Below, one piece after another: positions 9,825 through 20,772 of a stretch of DNA of 64,000 bases. The stretch is from an uncultured Candidatus Saccharibacteria bacterium (lineage in GTDB: Bacteria > Patescibacteriota > Saccharimonadia > CAILAD01 > BJGX01), in NCBI GenBank assembly GCA_964552475.1, contig CAZKFZ010000006.1, positions 27-64,026 of the forward strand, written 5' to 3'. Position 1 is the stretch's first letter; each line of letters begins with the position of its first letter. The notes beneath the pieces were generated by a model that had not been told where the DNA came from, did not search any database, and was given only the letters and a program-made list of their open reading frames with translations. Position numbers and translations under genes: made by a program.

Positions 9825-10364
9825 GTGTCGGTAATGACAAAAAACGATCTTGTATCGGTTCATTTGAGGTTCCGCACCTCGAGGGTGCCAGAAGGTCTAC
9901 CCGAGGCAGAGCCAGAAGATTTAGAAATTATGTTCAAAACTGCCACCGCTGTTCGTGGTGAAGAACTCTGGATGTCTGAAGGACTGGTAGATCTTGAAGA
10001 TCTATACTCCCAGATGAAAGCGGCTGGCTACCAGCTAGTGGCGGGTTATGCTCGCGAGCGCTACAACTCCTTCGGGGGTGTTAGACGTAGTTATGTTCTA
10101 CACTTCCACTTTGTTAGAGTTGAAGAAGCGAAGATTCCTGACAATCTTGAAGATCTGGAAAGTGCTTTGCATCAGCTCGTACAAAGGGCATATTGGAGAA
10201 CTCAGGTTTTTCGTAATCCTGGGGAGAATGGCACTTGGCTCAGCTTTGCCTGCACTAGTCGCGAGCAGCGTTTCGCCATGGAAGATCCGGCAAAGCCACG
10301 AGAAATTACTGCAAATGCAGTAGTTCACTTTAATGGTGGAGATCCTGTCCTAAAGTACAACTAA
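9825..10364 (+). CDS. hypothetical protein, GC-rich ORFan
   Basis: 179-aa ORF, no recognisable motif, followed by a strong terminator. Confidence 0.4.
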   Translation: MSVMTKNDLVSVHLRFRTSRVPEGLPEAEPEDLEIMFKTATAVRGEELWMSEGLVDLEDLYSQMKAAGYQLVAGYARERYNSFGGVRRSYVLHFHFVRVEEAKIPDNLEDLESALHQLVQRAYWRTQVFRNPGENGTWLSFACTSREQRFAMEDPAKPREITANAVVHFNGGDPVLKYN

Positions 10365-10376
10365 CCCCACAACACG

Positions 10377-10420
10377 CCCCGACGTCTTCCCTTACTAGGG
10401 TAGATGTCGGGGCGGTTTTT
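10377..10420 (+). terminator. rho-independent terminator
   Basis: ccccgacgtc...gatgtcgggg 10-bp stem followed by cggTTTTT. Confidence 0.6.
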
Positions 10421-10428
10421 ATTTACAT

Positions 10429-13359
10429 CTAATCTAGATCTCCCCAACTTTGTCCAGTTTTAATACCTACCTCAATAGGTACTTCAAATTTGTGCACACC
10501 AATCATTTCACGCTCCATTATTTTGGCAACCTTTTGTGTTAAGTCGCTTTTGCATTCAACAATAACTTCGTCGTGAATTTGCAATATTAGATTGGCCCCT
10601 AAGGGTAGTTTTTTGTGTATTCTTACCATTGCGAGCTTCATCATGTCGGCAGCCGTACCTTGCAAGGGCATGTTTACCGCTGCTCTCTCGGCGGCTGAGC
10701 GTACAATAAAATTACTCGAGCGAACATCTGGGCAAGGCCGACGACGTCCAAATATGGTTTCAGTATAACCTTTATCGTGCGCCATTTTCTTAATACTAGC
10801 AATGTAGTCGGCTACACCCTTGCGTAACTCGAAATATCTATCTATAAAATCTTTGGCCTGCTCGTAGCTAAAACCGGTAGCTACTGCTAGGCCATGTGTG
10901 TTCATACCGTATAGCACTCCAAAATTTATAGCCTTTGCCGCATAGCGTTGCTCTGGGGTTACATCTTTTGGTTTAATATTAAACATCTCTGCACTAGTAA
11001 GAGTATGGATATCGGTTCCTTCTTTGAAGGCTTTTATCATTGGTTTATCTTTAGCTAATGCTGCAGCAAGCCGCAACTCTATCTGACTATAATCAGCTGA
11101 AACAAAAGTATTACCTGGCTGCACCACAAAAGCTTTTCTGATACGTTTACCCTCTACTGTTCTTACGGGTATATTTTGCAAGTTGGGATTAGTACTGTTT
11201 AATCGTCCAGTTTGAGCGATAGTTTGGTTGTAGCTAGTATGAATCTTGTTATCATGGTCTACGTAACCTGGTAAAGCATCTACATAGGTGCTCATTAGTT
11301 TGGTAAGTTCTCTATACTCAAATAGCTCGTCTATTATTGGGTGTTTGCCTTTGAGCTTCTCGAGTTCGCCAGCCGCAGTGCTTACTCCGGTTTTTATTTT
11401 TTTGAGACCCGTAGTGTCGATTTTGAGATCATCAAACAAAACTACTTTGAGTTGTTGTGTAGAACTAATGTTAAATTCGCGGCCAGCGTGCTTGAAAATA
11501 GCTGATTTTATTCTGCTAAGCTTTGCGTTAAATTCTTTAGCCAAACCTTCAAGATATTTTTTATCTAGAGTAACACCCGTTAGCTCCATGTCCCCCAATA
11601 CCTCAATAAGTGGCCACTCTAGTTGCTCAGCCATTACGGCGAGTTTTTTTGTACCAGTAGGTTCAGTTTTGAGTAAGTGAGATAATTTTTTGTACAAACG
11701 CCAAGCGATATCGGCATCTTCGGCAGCATATTGAGTGGCGGTGGCTACCTCTACTTGGTTAAAAGTAGCTTGGGTTTTGCCTTTTTTGCCTATCAGCTCT
11801 TCAATGTCTATCATAGAAATACCTAGCTCAGAGTATGCTAGCTCTGAGAGGCTTTGTGCTCTACCTATAGGGTTAATTAAAAACGCCGCTATCATAGTGT
11901 CGAAAACAATATTTTGTAGTTTAATACCGTTGCCCGCGAAAACTTCGTAGTCATACTTAAGGTTGTGGCCAATTTTACCAATCTTGGTGCTTTCTAATAT
12001 TGGTCTTAGTTGTCCTAGAACATTTTTTTTATCTAACTGTCCATTGGCTAGTTTAAGATCTTCATATTCATTATCTTTCAATAGATCTAGCTGGCCATTC
12101 TGCGAATTAAGCTCAGAAGCTATTCTAGGATGAGCCGAGGATCGCGAAGGAGACGTAGATTTGCTACGTTGACTGCGACCCACAGGTTTAGACAACGAAG
12201 AGCCCTGAGATTCATTTGTAGATATGGTGTGACCAACCGGAATATAGTAGGCTTCGCCTTCTTTGAAACATATAGAGATACCTACTAAGTGGGCCGATAT
12301 AGCATCGGTACTGGTAGTCTCAGTATCTATCGAGATGACTTTTTGTTTTTTGAGGTTAATCACTAAATCTGTTAGAGATTTTTCGGTATTTACTGTATGG
12401 TATTTAACTTTTCTAAGATGATCTCGAGATTTGTTTGAGCTATTTATCTCTTCAACAGCTTCTTTGGTATTTAATTGCTGCTCTTCGGTGAAAGACTGGT
12501 TGGGTAATTTAGAAAGCAGGCTTTTAAACTCAAGTTTGTGAAATAGGTCGAATACCTTTTTTCTGTTATATTCGTGTAGTGCAGCATCTTTGAGATCAAA
12601 CTTAAACTCTACATCACGCTTAATAGTTGATAAGTCTAAGCTCAAATAAGCATTTTCTTTACCAGCCTCAAGTTTTTTTGCCAGTGCAGGTTTTATTTTG
12701 TCTAAGTTTTTATAAATGTTATCGAGGGTCTTGTAGGTAGCCACAAGCTCAGTAGCACCTTTGTCGCCAATTCCAGCCACGCCCGGAATATTATCGCTAG
12801 AATCGCCTTTTAAAGCTTTATATACAATAAACTCCTGTGGGGTGACCCCGTAGCGCTCTTGTACTGCAGGGGGGTCGTACATAAAAGTGTCTGTAAAACC
12901 TTTGCGCATGGTATAGACACTCACACTATCGCTCACTAGCTGCAACTCATCTAGATCGCCCGTTACTACCACTAAATCGTGCGATTTTTCGTAGTTTTTG
13001 GTGAGTGTACCAATAATGTCATCGGCCTCGTAACCTGCCGACTCAATGAGTGGGATATTAAAGGCACCAACTACATCTTTGGTAAGAGGCATCTGGGCAT
13101 ACAGCTCGTCTGGCGCTTTTACTCGCGTGGCCTTGTAGTTAGTAAACTGATCGTGTCGAAAGGTCTTACCTGGTGCATCCCAGGCCACAATAGCATAGTC
13201 TGGTTTTATCTCACGCAGAGCAAGCAACATCATCATAGTAAATCCATATACCGCGTTGGTAGGCGTGCCATCTTTGGTGGTGAGGTGCGGTATAGCATGA
13301 AATCCTCTGTGCACCAAGGCATGGCCATCAAAAACGACAATTTTTTTACGGTTTTTCAT
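10429..13359 (-). CDS. polA: DNA polymerase I (5'-3' exo, 3'-5' exo and polymerase domains) with an internal low-complexity insertion
   Basis: 976 aa. 5' nuclease N-terminus, ISIDTETT Exo I motif, and C-terminal polymerase motifs (DYSQIELR, QIHDE). S/Q/K-rich insert between the exo and pol domains. Confidence 0.9.
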   Translation of the reverse strand: MKNRKKIVVFDGHALVHRGFHAIPHLTTKDGTPTNAVYGFTMMMLLALREIKPDYAIVAWDAPGKTFRHDQFTNYKATRVKAPDELYAQMPLTKDVVGAFNIPLIESAGYEADDIIGTLTKNYEKSHDLVVVTGDLDELQLVSDSVSVYTMRKGFTDTFMYDPPAVQERYGVTPQEFIVYKALKGDSSDNIPGVAGIGDKGATELVATYKTLDNIYKNLDKIKPALAKKLEAGKENAYLSLDLSTIKRDVEFKFDLKDAALHEYNRKKVFDLFHKLEFKSLLSKLPNQSFTEEQQLNTKEAVEEINSSNKSRDHLRKVKYHTVNTEKSLTDLVINLKKQKVISIDTETTSTDAISAHLVGISICFKEGEAYYIPVGHTISTNESQGSSLSKPVGRSQRSKSTSPSRSSAHPRIASELNSQNGQLDLLKDNEYEDLKLANGQLDKKNVLGQLRPILESTKIGKIGHNLKYDYEVFAGNGIKLQNIVFDTMIAAFLINPIGRAQSLSELAYSELGISMIDIEELIGKKGKTQATFNQVEVATATQYAAEDADIAWRLYKKLSHLLKTEPTGTKKLAVMAEQLEWPLIEVLGDMELTGVTLDKKYLEGLAKEFNAKLSRIKSAIFKHAGREFNISSTQQLKVVLFDDLKIDTTGLKKIKTGVSTAAGELEKLKGKHPIIDELFEYRELTKLMSTYVDALPGYVDHDNKIHTSYNQTIAQTGRLNSTNPNLQNIPVRTVEGKRIRKAFVVQPGNTFVSADYSQIELRLAAALAKDKPMIKAFKEGTDIHTLTSAEMFNIKPKDVTPEQRYAAKAINFGVLYGMNTHGLAVATGFSYEQAKDFIDRYFELRKGVADYIASIKKMAHDKGYTETIFGRRRPCPDVRSSNFIVRSAAERAAVNMPLQGTAADMMKLAMVRIHKKLPLGANLILQIHDEVIVECKSDLTQKVAKIMEREMIGVHKFEVPIEVGIKTGQSWGDLD

Positions 13360-13407
13360 ATGGTTATTATTATAGCATCAAGAGGCGTTATATGATTAAA
13401 TAACAAT

Positions 13408-13779
13408 ATGCCAGAGCCAACAGCACCAGACCCCGCCCGAGGTGTGCCACCTCACCCACCAAGCGAGTACCGAGTAGACGAAGAGACACGTCAAGATATT
13501 GGCTATGTAGAACCAAATGCAGAAACAGACGCCAAACTGGCAAAAATTCGCGACCAAGAAGAAGCCAAACGAAAAGGTAGAGCTTTAAGAAATCCAGATG
13601 CCAAAGCTGCTCAGCAAGAAATAAATAAAGCTGGCGCACAAGCTGCCTGGCTCAACACGCCAGATGGCATGACATTTACCAATTTAAAAGCTAAACAAGA
13701 AGTTGGCATTGCACTTACTAGCGACGAAACTGCCACCCTAGCCCGTATTATCGCAAGGCGCGAAAATCGTCACAGCTAA
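13408..13779 (+). CDS. hypothetical protein, Pro/Ala/Lys-rich, GC-rich ORFan
   Basis: 123-aa ORF divergent from polA; no motif. Confidence 0.3.
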   Translation: MPEPTAPDPARGVPPHPPSEYRVDEETRQDIGYVEPNAETDAKLAKIRDQEEAKRKGRALRNPDAKAAQQEINKAGAQAAWLNTPDGMTFTNLKAKQEVGIALTSDETATLARIIARRENRHS

Positions 13780-13816
13780 TAACTACTCTTAAGTAAATAC
13801 TTAGGAGTTTTTTATT

Positions 13817-14923
13817 TTAGGCAATGTAATCTTTTAGTCGCTTAGAATCTTTGTGTTTGCGTAGCTTTGTGAGTGCTTTGGCTTCTATCTGGCGAATACG
13901 TTCACGAGTAACGCCAAATTCTTGACCTACTTCTTCTAAAGTATGACTACGTCCGTCTTCTAAACCAAATCGCATGCGTAATATTTTTTGCTCTCGAGGT
14001 GTAAGCATGTCTAGAGTGTCATCAATATGTTCTTTTAGGAGTTCAAAAGTTGCAGCCTCGTGCGGACTGACAGTATCTTGATCTTCTATAAAATCACCAA
14101 GGCTAGAGTCTTCATCCTCGCCAACAGTAGCATCTAGGCTGGTGGTATCTTGGCTAATCTTAAAGATATGGTTTACTTTATCTACATCTATTTCTAGCTC
14201 TTTTGCAAGCTCCTCTGGCAAAGGCTCACGCCCCAACTCTGTAGTTAACCGACGTTGTGTACGAACAAGTTTATTGATCGTTTCTACCATATGTACCGGT
14301 ATACGAATTACTCTGGCTTGATCGGCAATCGCTCGGGTGATAGCTTGTCTTATCCACCATGTTGCGTAAGTACTAAACTTAAACCCTCTAGTATAATCAA
14401 ACTTTTCAACCGCTCTAAGTAGTCCAGTATTACCCTCTTCTATAAGATCGAGTAGATCTAGACCACGGCCAATATATTTTTTAGCAATACTAACTACCAA
14501 TCTTAGGTTGGCTTCAGCCAAGGCATCTTTGGCAGCCTTGTCACCTTTTTCAATACGTTTCGCTAACGATACTTCATCTTCTGCAGTTATCAGTGGAATT
14601 TTCCCAATTTCGCGCAAATATAAACGAACTGAGTCGTCTGCTATGTCTTTAATGTAGTCATCACTAGTAGCATTTTCTATATCCTCTTCTGGCTCAGTTT
14701 GCCAGATCATTTTGTCTTTTTGATCAACAACTTCTACACCCTGCTCTATGAGTGCGGAGTATAAATCATCTAATCCTTCAATATTATTTTCGGCATCTGG
14801 AATATCTGAAAGAATTTCTTGTTGGGTGACAAAACCTTTCTGTCGACCTTTGGCAACCAATTTATCAATGGCTTTATGAAGAACATCGTCTTCACTAGAT
14901 ACTGGGTCTTGTTTTTTGGGCAT
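13817..14923 (-). CDS. rpoD: RNA polymerase sigma-70 (primary sigma factor)
   Basis: Regions 1.2-4 are recognisable ([39 protein letters not shown]). Immediately downstream of dnaG, as in the classical operon. Confidence 0.9.
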   Translation of the reverse strand: MPKKQDPVSSEDDVLHKAIDKLVAKGRQKGFVTQQEILSDIPDAENNIEGLDDLYSALIEQGVEVVDQKDKMIWQTEPEEDIENATSDDYIKDIADDSVRLYLREIGKIPLITAEDEVSLAKRIEKGDKAAKDALAEANLRLVVSIAKKYIGRGLDLLDLIEEGNTGLLRAVEKFDYTRGFKFSTYATWWIRQAITRAIADQARVIRIPVHMVETINKLVRTQRRLTTELGREPLPEELAKELEIDVDKVNHIFKISQDTTSLDATVGEDEDSSLGDFIEDQDTVSPHEAATFELLKEHIDDTLDMLTPREQKILRMRFGLEDGRSHTLEEVGQEFGVTRERIRQIEAKALTKLRKHKDSKRLKDYIA

Positions 14924-14928
14924 AAAAT

Positions 14929-16719
14929 TTACTCCTCGTTTAATAAGGCTTGATATTTTTGTAGTAGTTTATTTACTTCTATAGTATTTTTCTCTGATTC
15001 GGCTCGTGAAATGTCGCGAGTAAGTTGGCGTTTGGTTTTTTCGCGAGCAATTTTATTGAGACGGTGTATTTGGGTAAAGGCTTCGAGCCGTGCGTCATGT
15101 TCTGACAATGCAGAATACATGTGTTCTCCACGTAATGAGAGTATCTTAACATAATCAGAATATTTAGGCAATAGTTTGGCCAAGCGAATGGAATTAGCTT
15201 TGGGATTAGCTTTGAGTGCCAAGATAATTGGTTTATGTAAATCTGATAAATTTTGCGTTTCAATATCATAGAGCCCGTCGCGTGCCGACATATTGGAAAG
15301 CATTAACTCAAGTATAATTCTCTCTATCTTCTCGCTACGTGTTAGCTGACGTTTGGGTTTATTTAACTGTTTTTCACTATCTTGTTCGTTAGACTTTACC
15401 ACCGTAACCGGCTTGTGATCTAAACCGGTTGCTAGTTTTTTTCTAATACTTAGTTCTTCTACATCTAAAAGTTGGGCAATTTGCTTGGTATAGTGATCTT
15501 TTTCAATTTCGTCTGTCAATACCGCTATGGTTGGTAAAACAAAACCAGCAAATAGTTTTTTGCCATGAGCAGTTTTGATATCAAATTGTTTTTTGGCGAC
15601 CGAAAAAATATAATCTGGTGCATACTCAGCCAACTCTACTGCCCTTGCCCATGCTTGTGGATCTTTAGTAATAAGCTCGTCAGGATCTTTTGCGCCAGAG
15701 TAACTAATAACCATTATTTTTACATCTAGTGTGCTAGCCAACTCCAGAGTTCGCTTGGTAGCCTTTAAACCAGCTGAATCTTGGTCGAAACATAGTTTTA
15801 TATTTTTGGTAAGTCTTGCGATTATTCTAAGTTGCTCTAAAGTAAGTGCTGTTCCACTTGCCGCTATTACATTTTCAACTCCGTTATTTGCCAAAGCAAG
15901 AACATCCATATTGCCCTCTACTAGAATCACTTCGTTAAGATTTCGAATAGCTTCTTTTGCTTGAGTGAGCCCATAAATAACCTGACCTTTGTGATAGACT
16001 AGTGTTTCTGGAGTATTTATGTATTTAGCGCTATCTGTTTGGTGTTTGAGCACCCTAGCCGAAAAGCCCACTACTCTACCTTGGGTGTCAAAAACCGGAA
16101 ACATCAAACGACCACGAAATATGTCGTAAATAGTATTGTTTCCGGTTTTTTGCTTGGCCAAACCAGTATCTTGCAACTCTTTTTGAGTAAAGCCTTTAGA
16201 CAATAGGTATTTACATAAGGTCTCCCAGTCGTCAGGACTATAGCCTAGGCGAAATTTCTTGATAATATTTGAACTTAGATGACGATCTTTAATAAAGTAG
16301 TCTAGCGCTAACGGCGACCTAGACAACGTGAGGTGGTAATATTTCATGGCTTGCTCTAGTGCGTCGTAGAGACGACTCTTCGATTGGCTTTGTGCTTGAT
16401 GTTTAGCACTACGTGGTTTGAGTTCTACACCCGCCTTTTTGGCCAGAAGCTCAAGGGCTTCTCTAAACTCAATACCCTCAATGAGCATAACAAAAGTAAA
16501 TACATCGCCGCCTTGTCCGGTGCTAAAATCATGCCAAATACCCTTTTCAGAGCTAACCATAAAGCTAGGAGTCTTCTCGGTCTTAAATGGGCTCAAACCT
16601 TTAAAATTACTGCCGGCCTGTTTAAGAGGTACGTAGCTACCTATGACGTCGACTATGTCGAGCCTATTTTTTATCTCTTCTACATCATTCATATATCTAA
16701 TAGTATAGCGTTTTTTCAC
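14929..16719 (-). CDS. dnaG: DNA primase
   Basis: Zinc-binding N-terminus and Toprim core (EGNMDVLAL). Start codon ambiguous (alternative ATG 27 nt downstream). Confidence 0.85.
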   Translation of the reverse strand: MKKRYTIRYMNDVEEIKNRLDIVDVIGSYVPLKQAGSNFKGLSPFKTEKTPSFMVSSEKGIWHDFSTGQGGDVFTFVMLIEGIEFREALELLAKKAGVELKPRSAKHQAQSQSKSRLYDALEQAMKYYHLTLSRSPLALDYFIKDRHLSSNIIKKFRLGYSPDDWETLCKYLLSKGFTQKELQDTGLAKQKTGNNTIYDIFRGRLMFPVFDTQGRVVGFSARVLKHQTDSAKYINTPETLVYHKGQVIYGLTQAKEAIRNLNEVILVEGNMDVLALANNGVENVIAASGTALTLEQLRIIARLTKNIKLCFDQDSAGLKATKRTLELASTLDVKIMVISYSGAKDPDELITKDPQAWARAVELAEYAPDYIFSVAKKQFDIKTAHGKKLFAGFVLPTIAVLTDEIEKDHYTKQIAQLLDVEELSIRKKLATGLDHKPVTVVKSNEQDSEKQLNKPKRQLTRSEKIERIILELMLSNMSARDGLYDIETQNLSDLHKPIILALKANPKANSIRLAKLLPKYSDYVKILSLRGEHMYSALSEHDARLEAFTQIHRLNKIAREKTKRQLTRDISRAESEKNTIEVNKLLQKYQALLNEE

Positions 16720-16791
16720 ACTAAAGAGTAAAAAACTCGCATATCGCTAGGATATACGAGTTGTTTTTAGTTCGATTTTGAACTATTAAAT

Positions 16792-17163
16792 CTACGTTCT
16801 AGTTGCAAAGACTACGCCTGAAGGATCGCGATAAGGGGCGGTTTTTTTGGTGCAAACCTTAGGCCTTAGTTCTAAAAAATCTGGTCGATTTCTAAGATAT
16901 GCCTTAACGGCAGCTACGCCCTTGCGCTTACACTTATTACGATCTTTGGTTTGGCCGAGTCCCATAATCGAATTGAAGGCAATTGTGTCTAGAGTACTAG
17001 TACACGACTTTAAGTACATGGACTCGTCGCCCAACTTGAGCTGAGTAAGTGCTAGTTGCATCGCATCGTTGGCAATTCTTATTACTTCATTGCGTGTTAC
17101 GAAGGTTGCCCTATTGTCATAGTCAACTTGCACATCTATTCCCTTCAACGAGGTTAGGTACAA
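16792..17163 (-). CDS. hypothetical protein
   Basis: 123-aa ORF with no recognised motif. Confidence 0.3.
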   Translation of the reverse strand: MYLTSLKGIDVQVDYDNRATFVTRNEVIRIANDAMQLALTQLKLGDESMYLKSCTSTLDTIAFNSIMGLGQTKDRNKCKRKGVAAVKAYLRNRPDFLELRPKVCTKKTAPYRDPSGVVFATRT

Positions 17164-17215
17164 TAAAGTTTATTTATACAAAACAATACAATAAAAATCA
17201 ATGATATTTTGTTAT

Positions 17216-17788
17216 TTAATTGAGTCGCTTAATTATGGATAATAGCTCTGGTAACTGAGGTGTCTGTTTGTTAAGAAAATGACCGTAACCGCTAAGACGT
17301 ATTTTCTCACCTCCAATCTGGTCTGCAAGTTCTATACTCTTAATAGGTTTTACAAGTTTGTCGTCATCTGAGTAGATATTGAATATTTTCTGTGCTCGCA
17401 TTGCTACTTTTTCTATATTCAATATCGGTGGAAAAAATTTTTCTGCATCTCTTCTACCTGGCTGCAAAAAACCCGAAACCAAAATAAGAGCCTTTGCTTG
17501 TTCGGGTTCAGGCCCTTTATATTTAGCTAAATACCTTAGCAGTATATTAGTTCCTAATGAGTGCCCTATAAGGATAGGGTTGTCCCCTAATGTGCCAATA
17601 GCTTCTGTGGCAGTTTCTACCCAACTTTCAATATCTGGGATAGTCGGCGCTGGCATTTGAGGGGCAATAAAACAGTAGCCCATACGTTAGGCTTGTTGAG
17701 ATAACCAACCCATCCAGCCGTAGTTTGGGTGATCGGCCCAGCCGTGTATTAGAACTATTCTATTACTCTTTTTATTCATCTGAGACAT
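17216..17788 (-). pseudogene. YdeN/RBBP9-like small alpha/beta serine hydrolase interrupted by an in-frame TAA
   Basis: An upstream 33-codon ORF (MSQMNKKSNRIVLIHGWADHPNYGWMGWLSQQA) is in the same frame as the tracked ORF. A TAA at 17687-17689 separates them. The HGW oxyanion-hole motif lies upstream of the stop; GHSLG, Asp and His lie downstream. Confidence 0.5.
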
Positions 17789-17867
17789 TATAGCACTATT
17801 TAATTACGCTATATCTTAATATTGTTATGTTTTTGAAAATAGTTAGGATTGTATATAGTATACCTAT

Positions 17868-19820
17868 ATGAAGTATCTAAGATTAAATAAATACATCAAA
17901 GATATTGAGCCACAGACTATTATTGTGGATATTTTTGATACTTTGCTGCTAAGAAGATGGCAACCAGAGCAATGGCGATTTTATTGTATTGCAAAACTAT
18001 TCTCAAAAGAATTTAAAAAAATAAACTTAAATGCCACCGCATACTATCTATACAGACAACGTATTTACTTTAGCAAGGTATTGCGCATACAAAACCATTT
18101 AGACGGCTACGACAATGAAGCTACTCACCAAGCAATTATTAACGCAATAATACTAGATTGCGCGCGGCGACAACGTAAATCACTAAACGCTAAATCTCGC
18201 AATTCTCTATATAAAAAACTACTAAATATAGAATTGAACTTTGAGAAAGATCAGTTGATATTGAATAAAAAACTTTATAAGTTGCTTGTTAATCAAAAGA
18301 GGTCCGGTAAAAAGATATACTTTGTAAGTGATATGTATTTTGAACAAAATGATATCACAAAGTTACTAAGTAGTTTTAAAATAAAGTTTATTTCCGGAGG
18401 TGTAAGCTCGGCAGACAAATTACTTGGTAAATCTAGTGGTCGGTCTTTTGTGGTGCTAGCAAATGAGTACCCCGCTATAAAGCTAAACCTATCACTATAC
18501 ATTGGCGATAATTATCACGCAGACGTATTGCGACCAAAGCAATTTGGTTTGCAATCTGTTTGGCTTTACTTACCATTGCACCGCTTAAAGCTTTTTTTTG
18601 GAAAGGCAGTGTATAAAGTTGCCTTAACTAGTTTGTCTACGAAAGAAAAATATCTACAAAACAAACTACAAAAGAATCAGCTAAGTAAGTTATTTTCAAA
18701 AAAATCTATGAATACCAGAAATGAAGCAAAATATTTAGGCTGGATTTTTGGACCGGCATTAATATATTACTTGCATCGTTTGGGCACTCAGAGTCAAACA
18801 GCTAACAAAAAAATAATCTTTGTCACTAGCGAGAGCCTGATACTTGAAAGTCTATACAAGCAGTTAGGTTCTGGCAAAACAAAAAAACTGCCATATCTCA
18901 ACAGAACCACACTAATAAAGTCTTACGCCCACCTATTATCAAAAAAAGGCTTACAGCTAACCGAAATAGTGCCATTAGTAAAAAAAATTCTTAGGCGAAA
19001 AGACACTACCAACGCTTTGCTTACCTTAGGTATAATTTCAAAATCCAATAAACATCATCATTTGCTTGGTAAATCTATATTAAGTAAAAAATCTTTGAAC
19101 AAAATAGACATATCCAAAGCACAAGAAGATTGGCGTAACCAATATTCATCGGTAATAAAAAGCTGGAAATCTCTTGGCTTAAATAAGCAGCCAAATATAA
19201 TGCTGGCAGATGTTGGCTGGAATGATACCGTCCAAATTTTACTCTCTGAGATATTGATTGATAATGCTATAAGTACCTCAAAAATGAGCGGCTTATACTT
19301 AGGCCGAACTGGCGTGAACATATTTGATCCTCAAATAGTGACAAGCTCTCAGGGCGTAGTATTTAATTCATTAAAAGGTAGAAAAGAAAAATATCTTTAC
19401 CAACCAGAGGTATGGGAAAGCTTTTTAAATCAAGACAATATTAAAACTGAAACCCAATCAGATATTATGATTGGGTTGAGCCAAGCTATTGAATATTACA
19501 ATAAAAGCCAACTCACAGCTGAAGATTTTTGGAGACTTAACAGGCAAACAATTTTTAAAACCTTTAGAAAGCCTACGCACCGAATGATCGAAGTAATGTC
19601 TTCTTTGCAATTCGATTACGGAACTGCAGAAGAACCTATTTGTCCGCTAGTAAATATTTCTAGCACTAAATTACAAACTTACAAGTGGCTACTTTTTGAT
19701 AGGAAAAAGTTTAAATCATTCTATTTTCATCAAGGCTGGAAATGGGGTGCAGCTACTTACTACCGCTTTCGTATGCCTTACCGTTTGTGGCGGTTTATCA
19801 ACAAGAAACCTAGCTACTAA
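17868..19820 (+). CDS. large K/N-rich protein with N-terminal HAD-superfamily phosphatase-like domain plus ~400-aa unknown C-terminal region
   Basis: HAD motif I DIFDTL (DxDxT), motif II FVSD and motif III K...GDNYHAD are present. Extremely AT-rich coding sequence. Confidence 0.5.
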   Translation: MKYLRLNKYIKDIEPQTIIVDIFDTLLLRRWQPEQWRFYCIAKLFSKEFKKINLNATAYYLYRQRIYFSKVLRIQNHLDGYDNEATHQAIINAIILDCARRQRKSLNAKSRNSLYKKLLNIELNFEKDQLILNKKLYKLLVNQKRSGKKIYFVSDMYFEQNDITKLLSSFKIKFISGGVSSADKLLGKSSGRSFVVLANEYPAIKLNLSLYIGDNYHADVLRPKQFGLQSVWLYLPLHRLKLFFGKAVYKVALTSLSTKEKYLQNKLQKNQLSKLFSKKSMNTRNEAKYLGWIFGPALIYYLHRLGTQSQTANKKIIFVTSESLILESLYKQLGSGKTKKLPYLNRTTLIKSYAHLLSKKGLQLTEIVPLVKKILRRKDTTNALLTLGIISKSNKHHHLLGKSILSKKSLNKIDISKAQEDWRNQYSSVIKSWKSLGLNKQPNIMLADVGWNDTVQILLSEILIDNAISTSKMSGLYLGRTGVNIFDPQIVTSSQGVVFNSLKGRKEKYLYQPEVWESFLNQDNIKTETQSDIMIGLSQAIEYYNKSQLTAEDFWRLNRQTIFKTFRKPTHRMIEVMSSLQFDYGTAEEPICPLVNISSTKLQTYKWLLFDRKKFKSFYFHQGWKWGAATYYRFRMPYRLWRFINKKPSY

Positions 19821-19827
19821 TACTTTC

Positions 19828-20709
19828 TCATAAATTTTCTTTATATGTGTAACCCAACAAATTCATAAGATCATTAATAATTGGTGACTGCAAAACTTCT
19901 TGTTTTTGAGATTTACTTAAACTGACTTTTTTAAATCTTTTTACCACACCCTCTTTATAAAATCTGGGGTGGATGAAGAAATCTTCTCCCAAACCTTTAT
20001 TCATCTTTTTAAATATTTTAGAATCGAAGTTCTTACCTTCGTAAGCACCGGCATTACCGCCTATAGCATGCAAAGGACGTTTTGGTGGCAAACTGATTTT
20101 TAGTTTGCCTTCAGCACCTAAAAAGTCTAATACATTTTGGAGTGTAGATTTAGTATCTTCGCTAAAATCTTCGCTCCTTATGACTATAAAAGGTATCTGA
20201 CGCGTGTTTACACTACGCAGAGCGTCATAGTAGGTATCGCGCCAAATATTCGCAAGTTGCCAAATCTCCATTTTGTCGTTTTCAAACCTGGACCTACAAC
20301 TTTCTACAAAAGCAATTGGGTGTTTTACAGTAATTATTGCAAATACTTTAGCACCTCTTGGTCTTTGGTTGAGTGCTGTATTGAGCCAACTAACATACTT
20401 TGTACCGTCTACAACAATTGGCTTATTAGTTTTTTTTGCTAGCTCGCCATGTAGTTTTATTGGGTCTAGGCTAAAAGATTTTTTAACAATGTCTTTGTCG
20501 ATAACCTTACATTCGCGACTAGCAAGTTTGCACTCCATACAATCAGCGGATTGACCGTGTAAGTGGTATTTTTCAAAATATCCTTTAAGTCTGCAGACTT
20601 CTCCGGCATACATAAGTTGATTTTGCAAATCTAAATACCTACCGAGAATTGTAGACCCACTGTATGGCGTACCTAATATAAATACACTTTTATTTAGTAG
20701 TTTTTTCAT
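19828..20709 (-). CDS. sulfotransferase-family protein
   Basis: GTPYSGST PAPS 5'-phosphosulfate-binding loop and an IRSED region resembling the 3'-phosphate motif. AT-rich. Convergent with the HAD-like gene. Confidence 0.5.
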   Translation of the reverse strand: MKKLLNKSVFILGTPYSGSTILGRYLDLQNQLMYAGEVCRLKGYFEKYHLHGQSADCMECKLASRECKVIDKDIVKKSFSLDPIKLHGELAKKTNKPIVVDGTKYVSWLNTALNQRPRGAKVFAIITVKHPIAFVESCRSRFENDKMEIWQLANIWRDTYYDALRSVNTRQIPFIVIRSEDFSEDTKSTLQNVLDFLGAEGKLKISLPPKRPLHAIGGNAGAYEGKNFDSKIFKKMNKGLGEDFFIHPRFYKEGVVKRFKKVSLSKSQKQEVLQSPIINDLMNLLGYTYKENL

Positions 20710-20772
20710 ATCTACTAAGTGTAGTTGTAATTAGTGCCTTATTGCAACAGTACAAAACCAATAGCAACTTAT

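Noticed and set aside
11288-11680. Antisense and alternative-frame ORFs inside large genes (e.g. 11288-11680, 27706-28068, 34575-34979, 44517-45014, 39211-39438, 52812-53279)
   Set aside because: They are fully embedded opposite to, or out of frame with, well-supported genes (polA, ftsH, the surface proteins, the histidine kinase). They are typical shadow ORFs arising from biased codon composition.
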